This document shows, one piece after another, positions 62,783 through 64,000 of a stretch of 64,000 bases of DNA. A program made the position numbers and the translations under genes. Within the stretch, counting starts at the first letter, position 1. Each line of letters starts with the position of its first letter. The DNA lies in NCBI GenBank assembly GCA_046758745.1, contig JBHIAV010000010.1, positions 11,745-75,744 of the forward strand, in the 5' to 3' direction. Source of the DNA: Gemmatimonadota bacterium (GTDB taxonomy: Bacteria; Gemmatimonadota; Gemmatimonadetes; Palauibacterales; Palauibacteraceae). Below the pieces are notes generated by a model. The model was not told where the DNA came from, made no database searches, and saw nothing but the letters and a program-made list of their open reading frames with translations.

Positions 62783-63448
62783 TCAACCGACCTTCTCTCC
62801 ATGCAGCCGCGCGAGAACCGTGACCCCGCCGGTAGACCGGGCTCCCGGCGCCACCAGGACCTCGGCCGAGAGGGGGAGGAAGACCTCGACACGAGAGCCG
62901 AACCGGATGAGACCCATGCGCGCGCCCTGCTCGACGGCTTCTCCTTCCGTCGCATAGTTCACGATCCGCCGGGCTATCAGACCCGCGATCTGCCTCACGA
63001 GAACCGGGCACCCGGCGGGCGTGCGGATCCCCACGCTCAGCTGGGCGTTTCCCTCGCCAGCGGCCTCGCGGAAAGCCGGATCGTAGCCTCCCGGGCGTTC
63101 GCACCGATGCTCCACCACGCCTCCGACCGGGTAGCGATTCACGTGCACGTCGAAAAGCGACAGGAACACGGCGACGCGGCGCGCCGGACCGACCAGGTAG
63201 GTCGGCTCTTCGACCGTATCGACGCGAATCACCCGACCATCACCAGCCGCGAGCACCAAATCGGGAGCTCGCGGTCCACCTCGGGGAGGGTCCCGGAAGA
63301 AGAAGAGCATGAACCCGGTAAGCAGGAGCGACAGTGCGGCGACCACCCAAGCCGCCCACCCTCCCACGATGGCTGCCAGACCGACGGTAACGAGTGCCAG
63401 CACCCCGAAGAGGAGGATGAACGGCCTGCCCTCCCTGGCGATCAGCAT
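62783..63448 (-). CDS. psd: Phosphatidylserine decarboxylase proenzyme
   Basis: FFRDPPR, DVHVNRYP, QIAGLIARRI and the RFGSRV cleavage motif. Confidence 0.94.
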   Translation of the reverse strand: MLIAREGRPFILLFGVLALVTVGLAAIVGGWAAWVVAALSLLLTGFMLFFFRDPPRGGPRAPDLVLAAGDGRVIRVDTVEEPTYLVGPARRVAVFLSLFDVHVNRYPVGGVVEHRCERPGGYDPAFREAAGEGNAQLSVGIRTPAGCPVLVRQIAGLIARRIVNYATEGEAVEQGARMGLIRFGSRVEVFLPLSAEVLVAPGARSTGGVTVLARLHGEKVG

Positions 63449-63524
63449 GCGGGAAGGAAGGGGCGGGCCGCAGGGCGCGACGGAACCCGTCGGGCCCGAC
63501 ACGATCCCGCCCCCTCGCGCGCTC

Positions 63525-63638
63525 TCAGCTGTCCGGCTTGCGTAGCGGAAGCCGGCCGGCGATGAGCGACACGACGATCCCGGCGATCGGAACGAGAGAG
63601 ATCGTGAGGAAGATCTTCCAGCTCATCGGTATGGTCAT
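63525..63638 (-). CDS. Small single-TM peptide, 37 aa (MTIPMSWKIFLTISLVPIAGIVVSLIAGRLPLRKPDS)
   Basis: Manual translation, below the ORF-track cutoff. AAGAAAGG about 10 nt upstream of the ATG; GC3-rich codons (ATC, CTC, GCC); one hydrophobic helix and a basic tail. Confidence 0.65.
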   Translation of the reverse strand: MTIPMSWKIFLTISLVPIAGIVVSLIAGRLPLRKPDS

Positions 63639-63704
63639 CGCGTTCGGCCTTTCTTGAGGAACAACTTCATACAGCACGCCGTAATTAGAACTGTTACATA
63701 TGGA

Positions 63705-63778
63705 TGGCAGGGGTGGGATTTGAACCCACGACCCAGGGCTTATGAGTCCCTTGCTCTACCAGGCTGAGCTACCCTGCC
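63705..63778 (-). tRNA. tRNA with CAT anticodon, probably elongator tRNA-Met
   Basis: GGCAGGG/CCCTGCC acceptor stem, AGGGA-CTCATAA-GCCCT anticodon arm, GTTCAAATCC T-loop; 3' CCA not encoded in register. Confidence 0.92.
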
Positions 63779-63873
63779 CCGCGGCGCGGGATTCTTCCCC
63801 GCCGCCCGGCACCCCCGCCGCAGCCGAGCCGCTTCCCCCGCGACGCATCGGCCATCGCTCCGACGGAGCCGCC

Positions 63874-63902
63874 AAAAAAGGCGGCCGGGAATCCCCGGCC
63901 GC
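63874..63902 (-). terminator. Intrinsic terminator after the initiator tRNA
   Basis: GCGGCCGGG-loop-CCCGGCCGC followed by CTTTTTT. Confidence 0.8.
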
Positions 63903-63921
63903 ATCGGCTCACCATGCCCAG

Positions 63922-63995
<74 letters not shown>

Positions 63996-64000
63996 TTGCG

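Noticed and set aside
63639..63704. Integrated element at the tRNA-Met 3' end
   Set aside because: No integrase and no duplicated tRNA 3' end in the window; core genes resume within about 260 bp.

Overview
A high-GC (roughly 70%) chromosomal core region with about 55 genes, most on the minus strand. Gene content and protein features suggest Gemmatimonadota or a related lineage; this is inference only. In order: a partial DUF4175-like gene, rsmI, trxA, mce, a lipoprotein, hsp20-clpB (clpB broken by a 1-nt frameshift), a chimeric OPT-remnant/lipoprotein ORF, mlaEFD, nif3, guaA, proS, hisS, brxA/B, folC, accD, rodA-mrdA-mreDCB, ald, an M16 peptidase, pnp, rpsO, the rimP-nusA-L7Ae-infB-DUF503-rbfA-truB-ribF operon, pgeF-murA, DUF948 plus a Zn-dependent phospholipase C, an amidohydrolase, gatCAB, pcrA, an orphan histidine kinase, serS, a lipoprotein, manC/GlmU-like/MBL hydrolase, rseP-dxr-cdsA-uppS-thiI-pssA-psd, an unannotated 37-aa membrane peptide and two CAU-anticodon tRNAs. 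I saw no transposase, integrase, phage gene or CRISPR array, and no clear-cut new multi-gene system. The best leads are: (1) an OPT transporter apparently reduced by three in-frame deletions and fused to a lipoprotein, directly upstream of mlaEFD; (2) an AT-rich dyad-symmetric TTGAA pentamer array over the rpsO-pnp promoter; (3) the 37-aa peptide between tRNA-Met and psd; (4) clpB split near its N-domain boundary, under a sigma54-like promoter with an upstream palindrome; (5) a probable ACG start for the L7Ae gene. Start codons were chosen by eye from RBS position, gene overlap and recalled family motifs; no database searches were run.
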